64,000 bases of DNA, from assembly GCA_036675625.1 (NCBI GenBank), contig JAKFEQ010000066.1:47725-111724 (forward strand), in the 5' to 3' direction. Positions within the stretch are counted from its first letter, which is position 1; the number at the start of each line of letters is the position of its first letter. The stretch is from Opitutaceae bacterium. Lineage in GTDB: Bacteria > Verrucomicrobiota > Verrucomicrobiia > Opitutales > Opitutaceae. Under the pieces are notes generated by a model. The model made no database searches. It worked only from the letters and a program-made list of their open reading frames with translations, and was not told where the DNA came from. Positions 1 through 10,023 of this stretch are shown here, piece by piece. The position numbers and the translations under genes are program-made.

Positions 1-570
1 GGCGATCCCGGCGTCGCGCAGCGCCGCCGCGAATTCGAAGACATAAGCGGGGCCGCTACCGCTGACCCCGGTGACGGCGTCCAGATCGTCTTCGGGGACT
101 TCAACGATTTCGCCGAGCGAACGAAGCAGTTTTTCCACGAGCGTGCGGTCATCGCCGAGGAGTACGTCGCGCGCACACCAGCCCGTGATGCCGGCGCCGA
201 TCTGGCCCGGTGTATTAGGCATGGTGCGCACGATGTTGCGTGCCTGGGGAAACGCGCGCTGGAGGCTGGCGATCCGCTTTCCTGCCAGGATCGACACGAT
301 CAATTTGCCGCGGGTGAGTTCGGCCAGCCGTGGGTCCACCGATGCGAGATGCTGCGGCTTGAAGGCCACGACAAGCGTGCTGGCTTCCAGCAGCAGTTCA
401 TCGAGCGTCGGTGCGATGGCGATTCCTGTGCGGGCCTGGAGCCGGGCTGCGGTGTCGTCGGCGCCGCCGAGGCAGATCAATTCGGCGGGCGTGGCGGTAT
501 TTTTTGCGAGCAGGCCGTCGACGATGGCACCGGCCATGTTGCCCGATCCGAGGAAAGCGATTTGGCGCAT
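1..570 (-). CDS. proC: Pyrroline-5-carboxylate reductase (partial, runs off window start)
   Basis: Manual minus-strand translation from ATG at 570: MRQIAFLGSGNMAGAIV...AFKPQ...RTMPNTP...AVTGVSGSGPAYVF; absent from ORF track because no stop lies in the window. Confidence 0.93.
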   Translation of the reverse strand, partial: MRQIAFLGSGNMAGAIVDGLLAKNTATPAELICLGGADDTAARLQARTGIAIAPTLDELLLEASTLVVAFKPQHLASVDPRLAELTRGKLIVSILAGKRIASLQRAFPQARNIVRTMPNTPGQIGAGITGWCARDVLLGDDRTLVEKLLRSLGEIVEVPEDDLDAVTGVSGSGPAYVFEFAAALRDAGIA

Positions 571-576
571 AGGGAG

Positions 577-676
577 GGAAAGTGAAAAGGAAAGTGAGAG
601 TGAAAGGGAAAGGGAAGGTAGAGGGAGGAGAGATGGGCGCGTCCGCGACCACTTTCACTTTCACCCTCACTTTCCC
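577..676. repeat. Inverted repeat with arms of tandem GAAAGT/GAAAGG hexamers
   Basis: Left arm gaaagtgaaaaggaaagtgagagtgaaagggaaaggg; right arm actttcactttcaccctcactttccc. Confidence 0.7.
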
Positions 677-683
677 CCCATTC

Positions 684-1814
684 TCAATCGTCCGTCATCT
701 TCTTCACCTTCTTCTCGACCGGGTGCATCAAGATCGCGGTCGCGCCGCCGCCGGGCGTGTCGGTCATTGTCACCTCGCCGCCAAGATTGCGCAGGGCGTG
801 ACGCGCCACGGTCAGGCCCATGCCGACGCCGACGGTGTTCTTTGTGCTGACGAACGGTTCGAACATCTTGTCGCGGATATCCGACCCGATTCCGCGCCCG
901 TGATCAGTCACGCGAATCTCCACGAATTTTCCCTCGTCGGGCTTCTCGACAATTCGCGTATGAATGGAAAGCGGTCGCGGATCGGTTTGCTTGTTCGCGT
1001 AGGATTCCCAGCCGTTGATCAAGACCTTCGCGAGCACCTCCTCGACGATCTCGTAGTTGGTGTCGACCATCAGATCGCCCAGCGGATTGTCGATCGTCAC
1101 GGGAGCGTTGAGGCGGTAGTCGTCGTGAAAGCGCGTGATGCCGCCTTCGAGCAATCGTTGCATGCTCGCCTTGATCAACGGCGGGCGCGACTTCACGACG
1201 AGCGTGCTGAGCTGCTTGATGATCGTGACGATTCGCTGCACGGCGTCCTCGACGTGCTGCGCGTTTTTTCTCACCTGATCCGGCTTGTCGTAGTACGCCT
1301 TCACCAGGTCGAGGTAGCCGATGACGACGCCGAGAAGATTGTTCAGATTGTGCGCGATTCCCTGCGTGACCGCACCGATGGTCGCGGCCTTGCGGGATTC
1401 CTCGAGGCGCCGCGTGAGGTCGACCAGCTGCCGGTTGATCGCGACGAAGCGCAGCTGCGTCTGCACGCGCGCGAGAGTCTCATCGAGATCGATCGGTTTC
1501 GTAATATAATCGACGGCGCCGACACTGAGGCCCTCCAGCTTGCTCTCCTTCGTGGTGCGGGCCGTGATGAAAATGATCGGGATGCCGTGCGTATCCGGAT
1601 TCGCCTGCAGTCGCTGGCACACCTCGATGCCGTCCATATCGGGCATCATGACATCGAGCAGGATCAAATCGGGTCTGGCCTGTTTGACGATGTCGAGCGC
1701 TTCCAGGCCATTATAGGCGGCAGAGACGCGGATGCCTTCGCGCTCGAGTTTCCGCTTCAACAACTGAACGTTGATGGGTTGGTCATCGACGACCAATATC
1801 GAGGGGGCAGCCAT
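684..1814 (-). CDS. Hybrid response regulator-histidine kinase (REC + HisKA + HATPase)
   Basis: ILVVDD, LILLDVMMP, DYITKP receiver motifs; H-box AHNLNN; DHGRGI and GVGMGL G-boxes; no TM or sensor domain visible. Confidence 0.9.
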   Translation of the reverse strand: MAAPSILVVDDQPINVQLLKRKLEREGIRVSAAYNGLEALDIVKQARPDLILLDVMMPDMDGIEVCQRLQANPDTHGIPIIFITARTTKESKLEGLSVGAVDYITKPIDLDETLARVQTQLRFVAINRQLVDLTRRLEESRKAATIGAVTQGIAHNLNNLLGVVIGYLDLVKAYYDKPDQVRKNAQHVEDAVQRIVTIIKQLSTLVVKSRPPLIKASMQRLLEGGITRFHDDYRLNAPVTIDNPLGDLMVDTNYEIVEEVLAKVLINGWESYANKQTDPRPLSIHTRIVEKPDEGKFVEIRVTDHGRGIGSDIRDKMFEPFVSTKNTVGVGMGLTVARHALRNLGGEVTMTDTPGGGATAILMHPVEKKVKKMTDD

Positions 1815-2018
1815 TAAAGGCGGAGGAAAACAAGTGCCGGGTTCGGGAGCAAGTTTTGTAGCGGGAGCCCGTCACGGCCAATGCTGAGCCGTAGAAATCC
1901 AAGTTGTGAGCTGCGAGTCTCGCGCAGAGCGCCTGTGAATCCGAGCGCTGCGCGCCAGAAGACGGGCAACGTTTCGGTTCACCCTACTGTCTGGTTCCGG
2001 CTCCTGCACGGATGGGGC

Positions 2019-2891
2019 TCAGGCCTGCCGGAGTCGAAACGCTTTCACCGTGTTTTTCATCAACATCGCGACGGTCATGGGGCCGACGCCGCCGGGAACC
2101 GGGGTGATTTTGGAGCAGTGCGGTGCCACGGCCGCGAATGCGACGTCGCCGGTGAGCTTATAACCGGACTTCTTCGACGCGTCGGGCACGCGGTTGATGC
2201 CGACGTCGATCACCACGGCGCCGGGCTTGACCATGTCGGCCGTGACGAACTCCGCGCGGCCGATCGCCGCGATGAGGACGTCCGCCTGTCGCGTGATGGC
2301 GGGAAGGTTCGTCGTCGCCGAGTGGCAGATCGTGACCGTGCCGTTTGCCCCGGCTTTTTTCTGCAACGCGAGCAGCGCCACGGGTTTTCCGACGATCAGG
2401 GAGCGGCCGATGACGACGACATGCTTGCCCTTCAGGTCGACGCCGCTGCGCGCGAGCAATTCCATGATGCCGGCGGGGGTGCACGAGACGAATCCGGTTT
2501 CGTCCTCTTGCGCGATTTTGCCGAGGTTCAGGGTGTTGAAACCGTCGACATCCTTTTCCGGTGCGACGCGCCGGAATACCGCGATTTCGTCGATGTGCTT
2601 GGGCAGCGGAGACTGGACGAGAATGCCATCGATTGTGGCGTCGGCATTGAGTTCGTCGATCAGCTTGAACAACTCGTCCTGCGTGATCGTGACAGGCGGG
2701 AGAATGACCCGGCTGGTGACGCCGATCTCGGCGGCGGTTTTCTCCTTTTTCTTAACGTAGGATACCGAGGCCGGATCTTCGCCGACGCGGACGAGCGCAA
2801 TGCACGGTTTGCGGCCGGGTAGGGCGGCAACTTCAGTTTTGAGTTCCGCGACAATGGCCGCGGCGATTTGGTTTCCGTCGATCAGATCCAT
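2019..2891 (-). CDS. folD: Bifunctional methylenetetrahydrofolate dehydrogenase/cyclohydrolase
   Basis: [41 protein letters not shown]; start reassigned to MDLIDG (ATG 2891). Confidence 0.97.
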   Translation of the reverse strand: MDLIDGNQIAAAIVAELKTEVAALPGRKPCIALVRVGEDPASVSYVKKKEKTAAEIGVTSRVILPPVTITQDELFKLIDELNADATIDGILVQSPLPKHIDEIAVFRRVAPEKDVDGFNTLNLGKIAQEDETGFVSCTPAGIMELLARSGVDLKGKHVVVIGRSLIVGKPVALLALQKKAGANGTVTICHSATTNLPAITRQADVLIAAIGRAEFVTADMVKPGAVVIDVGINRVPDASKKSGYKLTGDVAFAAVAPHCSKITPVPGGVGPMTVAMLMKNTVKAFRLRQA

Positions 2892-2900
2892 GGCGGGTAA

Positions 2901-2995
2901 AAGTAGCGGGTAGCGCGTAGCGAGTAGCGAGTAGAAACCTACGCAGCGCACCCGCTGCGTGATGCTCGCTACTCGCAACCCACTACTCGCTACTT
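2901..2995. repeat. GTAGCGA-heptamer inverted-repeat element, copy 1
   Basis: AAGTAGCG(GGTAGCG)(CGTAGCG)(AGTAGCG)... inner hairpin ACGCAGCG-cacc-CGCTGCGT ...CTCGCTACTT. Confidence 0.8.
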
Positions 2996-3000
2996 TGATT

Positions 3001-3864
3001 TTACTTCAGTTGCAGCGTCTCGACCTGGATCACGATGTCCTTGCCGTCCGGTGTCGCTTTTGCGGCGCCGAAGACGACCACGTTGTGACCAATATATTTC
3101 TCGATCTGTTCGGTGAGGAGCAGCTTCGAGATGTCTAGATAAGCGTAGCGTTTTCCCGCGTTGTCGTTGAGGGCGTAATCGTAGGGCCGACGCGGCGTAA
3201 AGGGACGGCGCGTCGAAACGAAACGCCCCGCAAACTGCCGCGGCAGCGTCGTGGCGCCGCCGTCGCCGAGGTTTACCATCGGCGCCGCGAGGCCGGCCGT
3301 TGCGACGCCATACACGCCGGGGGCCACGGGTGCCGGAGCCATCGGAGGCGGCGTCGAACCCGGGGTCGGCGACGCGGTGTGGCTCGTCGGATTTGGCGCA
3401 GGTGCGGCGGGTGTCGTCGCGACGGGCGGCAGCGGGTCGGCTGCGGCGGCCGTTTTCAGATAACCGACCAGCTTCTTATCGAGGCTAATCTGCGTCCATT
3501 TTCCGCGCAGGCCCGTGATGGTGGTTTTGTCGTCTTTCTCTGCCACCGCGAGCACGGGGGCGTCGGCCTTGGGAGCGAGGCGAATGCTGACGCCGGGCTT
3601 CACGTCGAGGCTCTTCGTGAGATCCTTGTTTTCCACGTAGCCTTCGAAGGGGCCGGACAACTCGATCGCCGTCCAGCCGGCGGGAAGGTTCGCGGGAGCG
3701 TTCGCGGCGGGCTTGGGTTCCGTGCCAGCTTTCAGGAAAGTGATCGCGGGCGCGCTTGCATCCGGCTTGGTGTGGACGGCGGTCGTGGCCGTGAGCGGGG
3801 CCGCGAAACTGGCGGTAAGCCCGGTGAGAAACAGTGAGGCGGCGCAGAGAAGGTTAATCTTCAT
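3001..3864 (-). CDS. Secreted hypothetical protein with SH3b-like repeats and Pro/Ala-rich linker
   Basis: Signal-peptide-like N-terminus; two segments like '[15 protein letters not shown]' and '[14 protein letters not shown]...GKWTQI'; start overlaps upstream gene stop. Confidence 0.6.
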   Translation of the reverse strand: MKINLLCAASLFLTGLTASFAAPLTATTAVHTKPDASAPAITFLKAGTEPKPAANAPANLPAGWTAIELSGPFEGYVENKDLTKSLDVKPGVSIRLAPKADAPVLAVAEKDDKTTITGLRGKWTQISLDKKLVGYLKTAAAADPLPPVATTPAAPAPNPTSHTASPTPGSTPPPMAPAPVAPGVYGVATAGLAAPMVNLGDGGATTLPRQFAGRFVSTRRPFTPRRPYDYALNDNAGKRYAYLDISKLLLTEQIEKYIGHNVVVFGAAKATPDGKDIVIQVETLQLK

Positions 3865-4660
3865 CGTTGGTAGGTGCAGGTGACGGGGTCGCGCGTTGGG
3901 CGTAGGCTTCGTACGCGGCGCGCGGCGTCCTTGGGTTTTGGAAGAGTGATTGGACTTCTTTCGTAGAAAGGACTTTTCCCGCCCGCAATGGGATTCCCTT
4001 CACTTGCAGGGCGCCGATCTGGTAGCGCCGCAGGCGTTTCACGTCGAAGCCGAGGGTCATGAACAATTGGCGGATCTCGCGCTTTTTCCCGTGGTGCATG
4101 TGCACATCGAGATCGGTCGAGGCGTGGCTGGCATCGGGATTGATCAACGCGGCGCGCTCCACCTTGAGGCGTTCGCCTTCGATGGTGACGCCGCGGATGA
4201 GCTGCGGCAGTCGCGTGGAGGGAAAGGCTCGCTTGAGCACGACATGATAGCGCTTCACGACCGTCTTCGACGGGTGCATGAGGCGATTCGCGAGATCGCC
4301 GTCGGTGGTGAGAATGACGAGTCCCTCGCTGTCGAGATCGAGCCGGCCGGCGCAGAAGAAACGAAATTTGGAGAACTCGCGCGGCAACAAATCGAAGACG
4401 GTCGCGGCGTGATGCGGGTCGTCGTTCGAGCAGAGGAGACCGCGCGGCTTGTGCACGGCCACGGTGATGCGGGGCTGCGCGGAGGTGCGCACGGATTTGC
4501 CGCTGACGGTGACCTTGTCGACCCCCGGAGTGATCTTCTGCCCGAGGGTCGCGGGGGAGCTGTTGACCCAGACTTCGCCCTGCGCGATCAGCGCTTCGGC
4601 CGCCCGACGAGAGCACAGGCCGGAATCGGCGATGAATTTTTGGACGCGAATGGACTCCAT
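3854..4660 (-). CDS. rRNA pseudouridine synthase, RsuA/RluB family
   Basis: S4 domain (RVQKFIADSGLCSRRAAE), HKPRG, catalytic GRLDLDSEGL, GKKREIR; start MESIRV at 4660. Confidence 0.93.
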   Translation of the reverse strand: MESIRVQKFIADSGLCSRRAAEALIAQGEVWVNSSPATLGQKITPGVDKVTVSGKSVRTSAQPRITVAVHKPRGLLCSNDDPHHAATVFDLLPREFSKFRFFCAGRLDLDSEGLVILTTDGDLANRLMHPSKTVVKRYHVVLKRAFPSTRLPQLIRGVTIEGERLKVERAALINPDASHASTDLDVHMHHGKKREIRQLFMTLGFDVKRLRRYQIGALQVKGIPLRAGKVLSTKEVQSLFQNPRTPRAAYEAYAQRATPSPAPTNDED

Positions 4661-4667
4661 TGAAAGA

Positions 4668-4774
4668 AAGGCTGAAGGACTGAAAGGCTGAAGGACTGCA
4701 AGACTGAAGGCCGGAAGGCTTGAACAGCAAACCCGCTTGTTTGGGATTGTTTCAGCTCTTTGGTCCTTCAGCCT
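4668..4774. repeat. Octamer (GAAGGACT/GAAAGGCT) tandem array with distal inverted copy
   Basis: gaaaggct gaaggact gaaaggct gaaggact gcaagact...; gtccttcagcct at 4763-4774 is the reverse complement of aggctgaaggac. Confidence 0.65.
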
Positions 4775-4789
4775 GCCCGCTTCTTCTTC

Positions 4790-5965
4790 ATGTCCGATTC
4801 TGTCGCTGCGCCCGATCCCACTTATTCGAAAGACCGCCCGTTTCCGGCGAAGCTCTCCGAGAATCGCCTGCTCAGCAAACCGGGCTCCGCCAAGGAAACG
4901 CGACACTTCGTCGTCGATCTGCGCGGAAGCGGTCTGCACTACAAGGCCGGCGATTCACTCGGCATTTTTCCGGTGAATGCGCCCGCCGAAGTCGATGAAA
5001 TCCTTCAGCGCCTCAGGGCGACCGGAGACGAGCCGGTGTCGCCGGCGATGTTGAAGCTCGCGGAGCCGATCACGCTGCGAGCGGCATTGTCGGATCGGTT
5101 GGCGCTCGCGAAACCGACGCGCAAAATCATCGAGACCCTCGCCGCGAAAGCGGTCAGCTCCGATGAGAAAGCGAAGCTCAGCGGGCTGCTCGCACCCGAG
5201 TCGAAGGACGTGCTGACGAAGTTTCTCGAGGAGCGGGAGTTTGTCGATCTGCTCGCGGAATTTCCCAGTGCGAAGCTCACGCCGCAGGAGTTCGTCGATC
5301 ATCTGCGGAAACTGATGCCCCGGCTCTACTCGATCGCATCATCGTCGAAGGTGTTTCCGAGCGACGTACATCTGACGGTCGCGATCGTGCGTTACCAGAC
5401 CAACGGTCGTGAGCGCGGGGGCGTGTGCTCGACGTTTCTTTCGGATCGCGCGCAGGTCGGCGCGACGCCGGTGCCGGTGTTCGTGTCGGATTCGCATTTC
5501 GGCCCGCCGGAGGATGGTGCGAAAGACTGCATCATGGTTGGGCCGGGCACGGGCATCGCGCCGTTCCGGGCTTTCCTGCAAGATCGGGGCGCCAGCGGCG
5601 CGACCGGGCGCAACTGGCTCTTCTTCGGCGATCAGAAGCGCGGCACGGATTTCCTCTATGAGGAGGAGTGGCAGCAGTATCTCGCCAACGGGCAGCTCAC
5701 GCGGCTCGATACGGCGTTTTCGCGCGATCAGCTCCTCAAGGTTTATGTGCAGGACCGGATGCGCGAAAATGCGAAGGAGCTCTGGACCTGGCTGCAGGGC
5801 GGAGCGCATTTCTACGTCTGCGGTGACGCGAAGCGGATGGCGAAGGATGTCGATACGGCGCTCCACGCCATCATCGCCGAGCAGGGTGGAATGACGAACG
5901 AACTCGCCGCCGAGTACGTTAAGCAGATGAAGAAGGAGAAGCGCTATCAGCGCGACGTGTACTGA
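4790..5965 (+). CDS. Sulfite reductase flavoprotein (CysJ)-like FAD/NADPH-binding protein lacking the flavodoxin domain
   Basis: RLYSIASS, GVCSTFL, MVGPGTGIAPFR, WLFFG, KVYVQ, FYVCGDA, RYQRDVY. Confidence 0.85.
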   Translation: MSDSVAAPDPTYSKDRPFPAKLSENRLLSKPGSAKETRHFVVDLRGSGLHYKAGDSLGIFPVNAPAEVDEILQRLRATGDEPVSPAMLKLAEPITLRAALSDRLALAKPTRKIIETLAAKAVSSDEKAKLSGLLAPESKDVLTKFLEEREFVDLLAEFPSAKLTPQEFVDHLRKLMPRLYSIASSSKVFPSDVHLTVAIVRYQTNGRERGGVCSTFLSDRAQVGATPVPVFVSDSHFGPPEDGAKDCIMVGPGTGIAPFRAFLQDRGASGATGRNWLFFGDQKRGTDFLYEEEWQQYLANGQLTRLDTAFSRDQLLKVYVQDRMRENAKELWTWLQGGAHFYVCGDAKRMAKDVDTALHAIIAEQGGMTNELAAEYVKQMKKEKRYQRDVY

Positions 5966-5971
5966 TGGTTG

Positions 5972-6075
5972 AAGTAGCGAGTAGTGAGTAGCGGGTAGCG
6001 AGCATCTGGCGGCCGCGGTACTGTGTTTCCGGGCATTTTTTCTACTCGCTACTCACTACCCGCTACCCGCTACTT
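5972..6075. repeat. GTAGCGA-heptamer inverted-repeat element, copy 2
   Basis: AAGTAGCGAGTAGTGAGTAGCGGGTAGCG ... CTACTCGCTACTCACTACCCGCTACCCGCTACTT. Confidence 0.8.
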
Positions 6076-6085
6076 TTCATCCCTC

Positions 6086-6835
6086 ATGCTCACCTTCACC
6101 AACCGCACCGCACTCGTTACCGGCGCTGGCCGTGGCATCGGCAAAGCCATCGCTGAAACGCTCGCCCGACACGGGGTCACCGTCATTTGCGTTTCCAAAT
6201 CTGCCGACTCCTGTGGTGCGACGGCTGCGGCGATCACGGCGGCTGGCGGCAAGGCGAAGGCGCTGGCGGTCGATGTCGCGGACGGCGCAGCGATCGCGAA
6301 GGCCTCGGAAGCGTTGCTCAAGGAATTCCCGACCATCGACATTCTCGTGAACAACGCCGGCATCACGCGCGACGGCTTGTTGTTTCGTATGAGCGAGACG
6401 GATTGGAACGACGTGATCACGACCAATCTCACGAGCTGCTTTCATTGGACGAAGCTGATCGGGCGGCCGATGACGCGAGCTCGTTGGGGTCGGATTGTGA
6501 ACATCGCCTCCGTCAGCGGCATCATGGGGAACGCTGGCCAGGCAAACTACTCGGCGGCGAAGGCAGGCATGATCGGGCTCACGAAGACACTGGCTCGCGA
6601 GTTCGCCAGTCGGAGCGTGACGGTGAACGCCGTCGCCCCCGGTTTCATCAAGACCGATATGACCACGGATTTCGTCAATAACCCCGAGGCATCGGCCAAG
6701 ATTCTCGAGGTGGTGCCGCTAAAACGGTTCGGAGAGGCGGCGGATATCGCAAACATGACGGCTTACCTATGTTCGGAAGAGGCCAGCTACATTACGGGAC
6801 AAGTTTTTAACGTTGACGGTGGAATGGCGATGTGA
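6086..6835 (+). CDS. fabG: 3-oxoacyl-ACP reductase
   Basis: TGAGRGIG, NNAGITRD, YSAAK, NAVAPGFIKT; upstream of acpP-fabF. Confidence 0.96.
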   Translation: MLTFTNRTALVTGAGRGIGKAIAETLARHGVTVICVSKSADSCGATAAAITAAGGKAKALAVDVADGAAIAKASEALLKEFPTIDILVNNAGITRDGLLFRMSETDWNDVITTNLTSCFHWTKLIGRPMTRARWGRIVNIASVSGIMGNAGQANYSAAKAGMIGLTKTLAREFASRSVTVNAVAPGFIKTDMTTDFVNNPEASAKILEVVPLKRFGEAADIANMTAYLCSEEASYITGQVFNVDGGMAM

Positions 6836-6874
6836 AGCCTCCGCAGACACGTCTTTCCCTCTATTTCTACGCCA

Positions 6875-7138
6875 ATGGCTGACCAAAAAACCATCGAACA
6901 ACGCGTCAAGGAGATCATCGTCAATCAGCTCAACGTTAATGAAGAGCAGATCACGCCGACGGCCTCTTTTCTGGACGATCTTGGCGCTGATTCGCTCGAC
7001 ACCGTCGAGCTGATCATGGCCTTCGAGGAAGAGTTCAAGGATGAGATAAAGGGTGAGATCCCCGAGTCCGACGCCGAGAAGCTCCAGACGGTCGGTCAAG
7101 TCATCGACTATATCAAAGGCAAAGCGGGCCAGGCTTAA
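6875..7138 (+). CDS. acpP: Acyl carrier protein
   Basis: [20 protein letters not shown]. Confidence 0.98.
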   Translation: MADQKTIEQRVKEIIVNQLNVNEEQITPTASFLDDLGADSLDTVELIMAFEEEFKDEIKGEIPESDAEKLQTVGQVIDYIKGKAGQA

Positions 7139-7157
7139 AGCGCTCGAAAATCATTCT

Positions 7158-7211
7158 GGCGTTCTGCCGATTTCCACCGCGGAAATTTCTGGCAGAACGC
7201 CTTTTTGTTTT
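7158..7211 (+). terminator. Intrinsic terminator/processing hairpin after acpP
   Basis: GGCGTTCTGCC..GATTTCC-accgc-GGAAATT..GGCAGAACGCC followed by TTTTTGTTTT. Confidence 0.7.
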
Positions 7212-7236
7212 CTGAGATTCGCGGTTCGTTTTGCTC

Positions 7237-8487
7237 ATGGATTCTCCTACCTCATCCCGTCGTGTGGTCGTGACCGGCCTTGGCGCTGTGACCGCACTCG
7301 GGCACGACGTCGAATCGTTCTGGGCCGGTCTGGTCGCCGGCAAATGCGGGATCAAGCGGGTGTCGCTGTTCGACCCTTCGGAATTTGCCAGCCATATGGG
7401 CGCGGAAGTCCGCGATTGGGATCCGGCGCAGCACATGGACCCGAAAGAGGCGCGTCGCAATGACCGCTATACGCATTTCGGCTTTGTCGCGGCGAAGCAG
7501 GCGTTTACTGATTCCGGCCTCGATATGGGCAGGGAGGATGCCGACCGGGTGGGTGTGATCATCGGTTCGGGGATCGGTGGGATGTACACTTACGAGTCTC
7601 AGCTCAAAGTGCTGGCTGAGCGCGGACCACGGAAGGTTTCGCCCTTCACCATACCGTCGCTGATCGGCAACATGTGCTCCGGTCTTTTCGCGATCGCTAT
7701 AGGTGCGCGGGGACCGAACTTTGGCATTGTTTCGGCGTGTGCAACCGGCACGCACGCGCTCGGGGAGGCGGCGCATGCGATTCGCCGCGGCGATGCGGAT
7801 GTCATGATCGCCGGCGGCAGCGAAGCAGCGATCACGCCGTTTGCCTACGCGAGCTTTTGCTCGATGAAGGCGATGAGCACGCGAAACGACGCGCCCGAAA
7901 AGGCCAGCCGGCCATTCGACAAGAATCGTGACGGCTTCGTCATGGGCGAGGGCTCGGGCGTCGTGGTGCTCGAGTCGCTGGAGCACGCTCAGGCGCGCGG
8001 CGCGCGGATTTATTGCGAGCTCGCCGGCTATGCGGCAACCTGCGACGCGTTTCACATCACGCAGCCGGATCCGGAGGGGAAAGGGCTTTCGATGGCGATG
8101 AAGCGCGCGATGGCGAGTGCGGGGGTCGCGCCGCAACAGATCGACTATATCAATGCGCACGGCACCTCGACGCCCTATAATGACAAGTTCGAGACGCTCG
8201 CCATCAAGAAGATCTTCGGCGACCACGCGCGCGACGTGGCGATCAGCTCGACGAAATCGATGACGGGGCACCTGCTGGGAGCGGCCGGCGGCATCGAGTC
8301 GGTGATTTGCGTGAAGACGCTGCAAACCCAGACGATCGCGCCGACCATCAATCTCGAGGAGCCGGATCCCGAATGTGACCTGGATTATGTGCCGAACGTC
8401 GCCCGCCCGGCGAGGGTGACGACGGTGCTGAGCAACAATCTCGGCTTCGGCGGCCAGAACGCTGCGGTGGTGTTTCGCGCGATCTGA
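7237..8487 (+). CDS. fabF: 3-oxoacyl-ACP synthase II
   Basis: VVVTGLG, SACATG, NAHGTST, KSMTGHLLGAAG, NNLGFGGQN. Confidence 0.97.
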   Translation: MDSPTSSRRVVVTGLGAVTALGHDVESFWAGLVAGKCGIKRVSLFDPSEFASHMGAEVRDWDPAQHMDPKEARRNDRYTHFGFVAAKQAFTDSGLDMGREDADRVGVIIGSGIGGMYTYESQLKVLAERGPRKVSPFTIPSLIGNMCSGLFAIAIGARGPNFGIVSACATGTHALGEAAHAIRRGDADVMIAGGSEAAITPFAYASFCSMKAMSTRNDAPEKASRPFDKNRDGFVMGEGSGVVVLESLEHAQARGARIYCELAGYAATCDAFHITQPDPEGKGLSMAMKRAMASAGVAPQQIDYINAHGTSTPYNDKFETLAIKKIFGDHARDVAISSTKSMTGHLLGAAGGIESVICVKTLQTQTIAPTINLEEPDPECDLDYVPNVARPARVTTVLSNNLGFGGQNAAVVFRAI

Positions 8488-8518
8488 GCCGCACGGCGCA
8501 GATCCTTTACTCGCGACA

Positions 8519-8560
8519 ACAAAAAGCCCGCGGTCGAAAAACCGCGGGCGACGAAAAAAG
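8519..8560 (-). terminator. Intrinsic terminator between convergent fabF and rpmB
   Basis: GCCCGCGGT-cgaaaa-ACCGCGGGC flanked by A-tracts (U-tract on minus strand). Confidence 0.75.
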
Positions 8561-8580
8561 GAGAGGAAGCCGAGGCGAGA

Positions 8581-8811
8581 TTAAGCCTTCTCGACGAGAC
8601 CGGCCTTGATTGCCTTGACGGCGACCCACACGCGCTTCGTGCCGCCATTGGCGGTCTTGATGCGGATGCGCTGGAGGTTCGGCCGGAATTTGCGTTTCGT
8701 GATGCTCGTCACGTGCGTGCCAATGCCGCCGCTCTTCTTCGACTGACCCTTGCGATTGATGATCGACCCCTTGACGGGGCGGCGACCGGTGATTGCACAG
8801 ATTCTGGCCAT
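8581..8811 (-). CDS. rpmB: 50S ribosomal protein L28
   Basis: MARICAITGRRP...TKRKFRPNLQ. Confidence 0.96.
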   Translation of the reverse strand: MARICAITGRRPVKGSIINRKGQSKKSGGIGTHVTSITKRKFRPNLQRIRIKTANGGTKRVWVAVKAIKAGLVEKA

Positions 8812-8972
8812 GATGGTTTCGAGTTGGTTAAAGGGTCGGGAGTAAAGGCCGGGGACCTCTCGAAGCAAGGGATTTCTTCCCTGCATCGAAGCGCGTCAAT
8901 CGAGGAGCCAAGGGCATCTGTCAGTCGTGGCTGAAATCCGCTGGGCGCGTGAGAAAGGAGCGATGACGCCGC

Positions 8973-9989
8973 CTAACGCAACGCATGAAGCACTTGGAAC
9001 TTCTGGCCCATGTGCGAGGGGTGCAGCAGTTGCAGCAACGCCACTTTCCGCGGCGTGAATTTCGCGGCGTCCGCTTGGCTCGCCGCGGCGATAAACTCGC
9101 CTGCATGCCGCACGAGAAACGCTTCCTGCGACTCCAGGGCGAGCGCTTCGAAGCCATTGCGGCTCAACGCGGCTTCGAGCCAGTCCCAGCATATATGGCA
9201 CGTGAGGTCCTGTTCGCCAGGCCGCGCCAGCAGCTCGTTCAACTGCGTGTGGCGATAGTAGGCGCGCACCGTCCCGTCCGGTGTTTCCTGCAGCAGCTGG
9301 TGCATCGTCTTGCCGTAATCGAATGCCACAAACAGCCCTCGCCACGGCTGCGCGGCGAGACGCTCGGCGAGGGCGGTCGCGGCCAGGGGCCGGTCGAAAT
9401 GGTAGCCTTCGGGCGCGTCCGCCGGTGCCGCCAGCGCGAGCGCGCGGTCGGTTTCCACGTCGCTGGCGGGCAGCTCGACTTCCGCCAACTCGCCGCCGTT
9501 TTCGCGCACGCCGAGCTCGCGCCAGCGGCCGTCGCGGAAAACGGTTCGCACGCAAGGTTGCGCATCGAAGAGCTCATTGGAAAACACCACGCATTCGCCC
9601 GCGAGCTCGAGCGGATCGCCGATTCGCAGCGTGACCACGCGATGAAAGGGATGCTGCACGCCGGCGAGAACTCCATCGGACGTTTCCGCGCCGATTTCGA
9701 CAAAGGTGTGCGCTGCGGGATCGCGACCGCCGTCGCGGAGAAGCTTGGCAACCGCGCAGGCCACGAGTTCGCCGAAAACGGTTCCGCTCGTGCTCGCCGT
9801 GAAAAAATCCGTGCCGTTTCCATAACCGATGCGGGGCCCGGCGCGGCGGTAGTAGCCGACGACCGGATGATAGAGCGCAAGCTCCATGAAGCGCGCGAAC
9901 GACATCGTGCCCGTGCTGTCGGCATGCGCGCGGAAAGCGGCCAGAAACTCCGGCGATGGCGCGACTGAGGCGGTGAACGACGAACCCAT
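8973..9989 (-). CDS. MidA/NDUFAF7-family SAM-dependent methyltransferase
   Basis: FARFMELALYHP..GYY, DFFTA, VEIGA, SNELFDA, DYG, QDLTCH. Confidence 0.88.
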   Translation of the reverse strand: MGSSFTASVAPSPEFLAAFRAHADSTGTMSFARFMELALYHPVVGYYRRAGPRIGYGNGTDFFTASTSGTVFGELVACAVAKLLRDGGRDPAAHTFVEIGAETSDGVLAGVQHPFHRVVTLRIGDPLELAGECVVFSNELFDAQPCVRTVFRDGRWRELGVRENGGELAEVELPASDVETDRALALAAPADAPEGYHFDRPLAATALAERLAAQPWRGLFVAFDYGKTMHQLLQETPDGTVRAYYRHTQLNELLARPGEQDLTCHICWDWLEAALSRNGFEALALESQEAFLVRHAGEFIAAASQADAAKFTPRKVALLQLLHPSHMGQKFQVLHALR

Positions 9990-10023
9990 TTACAAAGCGA
10001 AGCCGATGCCCACAGTGAACGGC

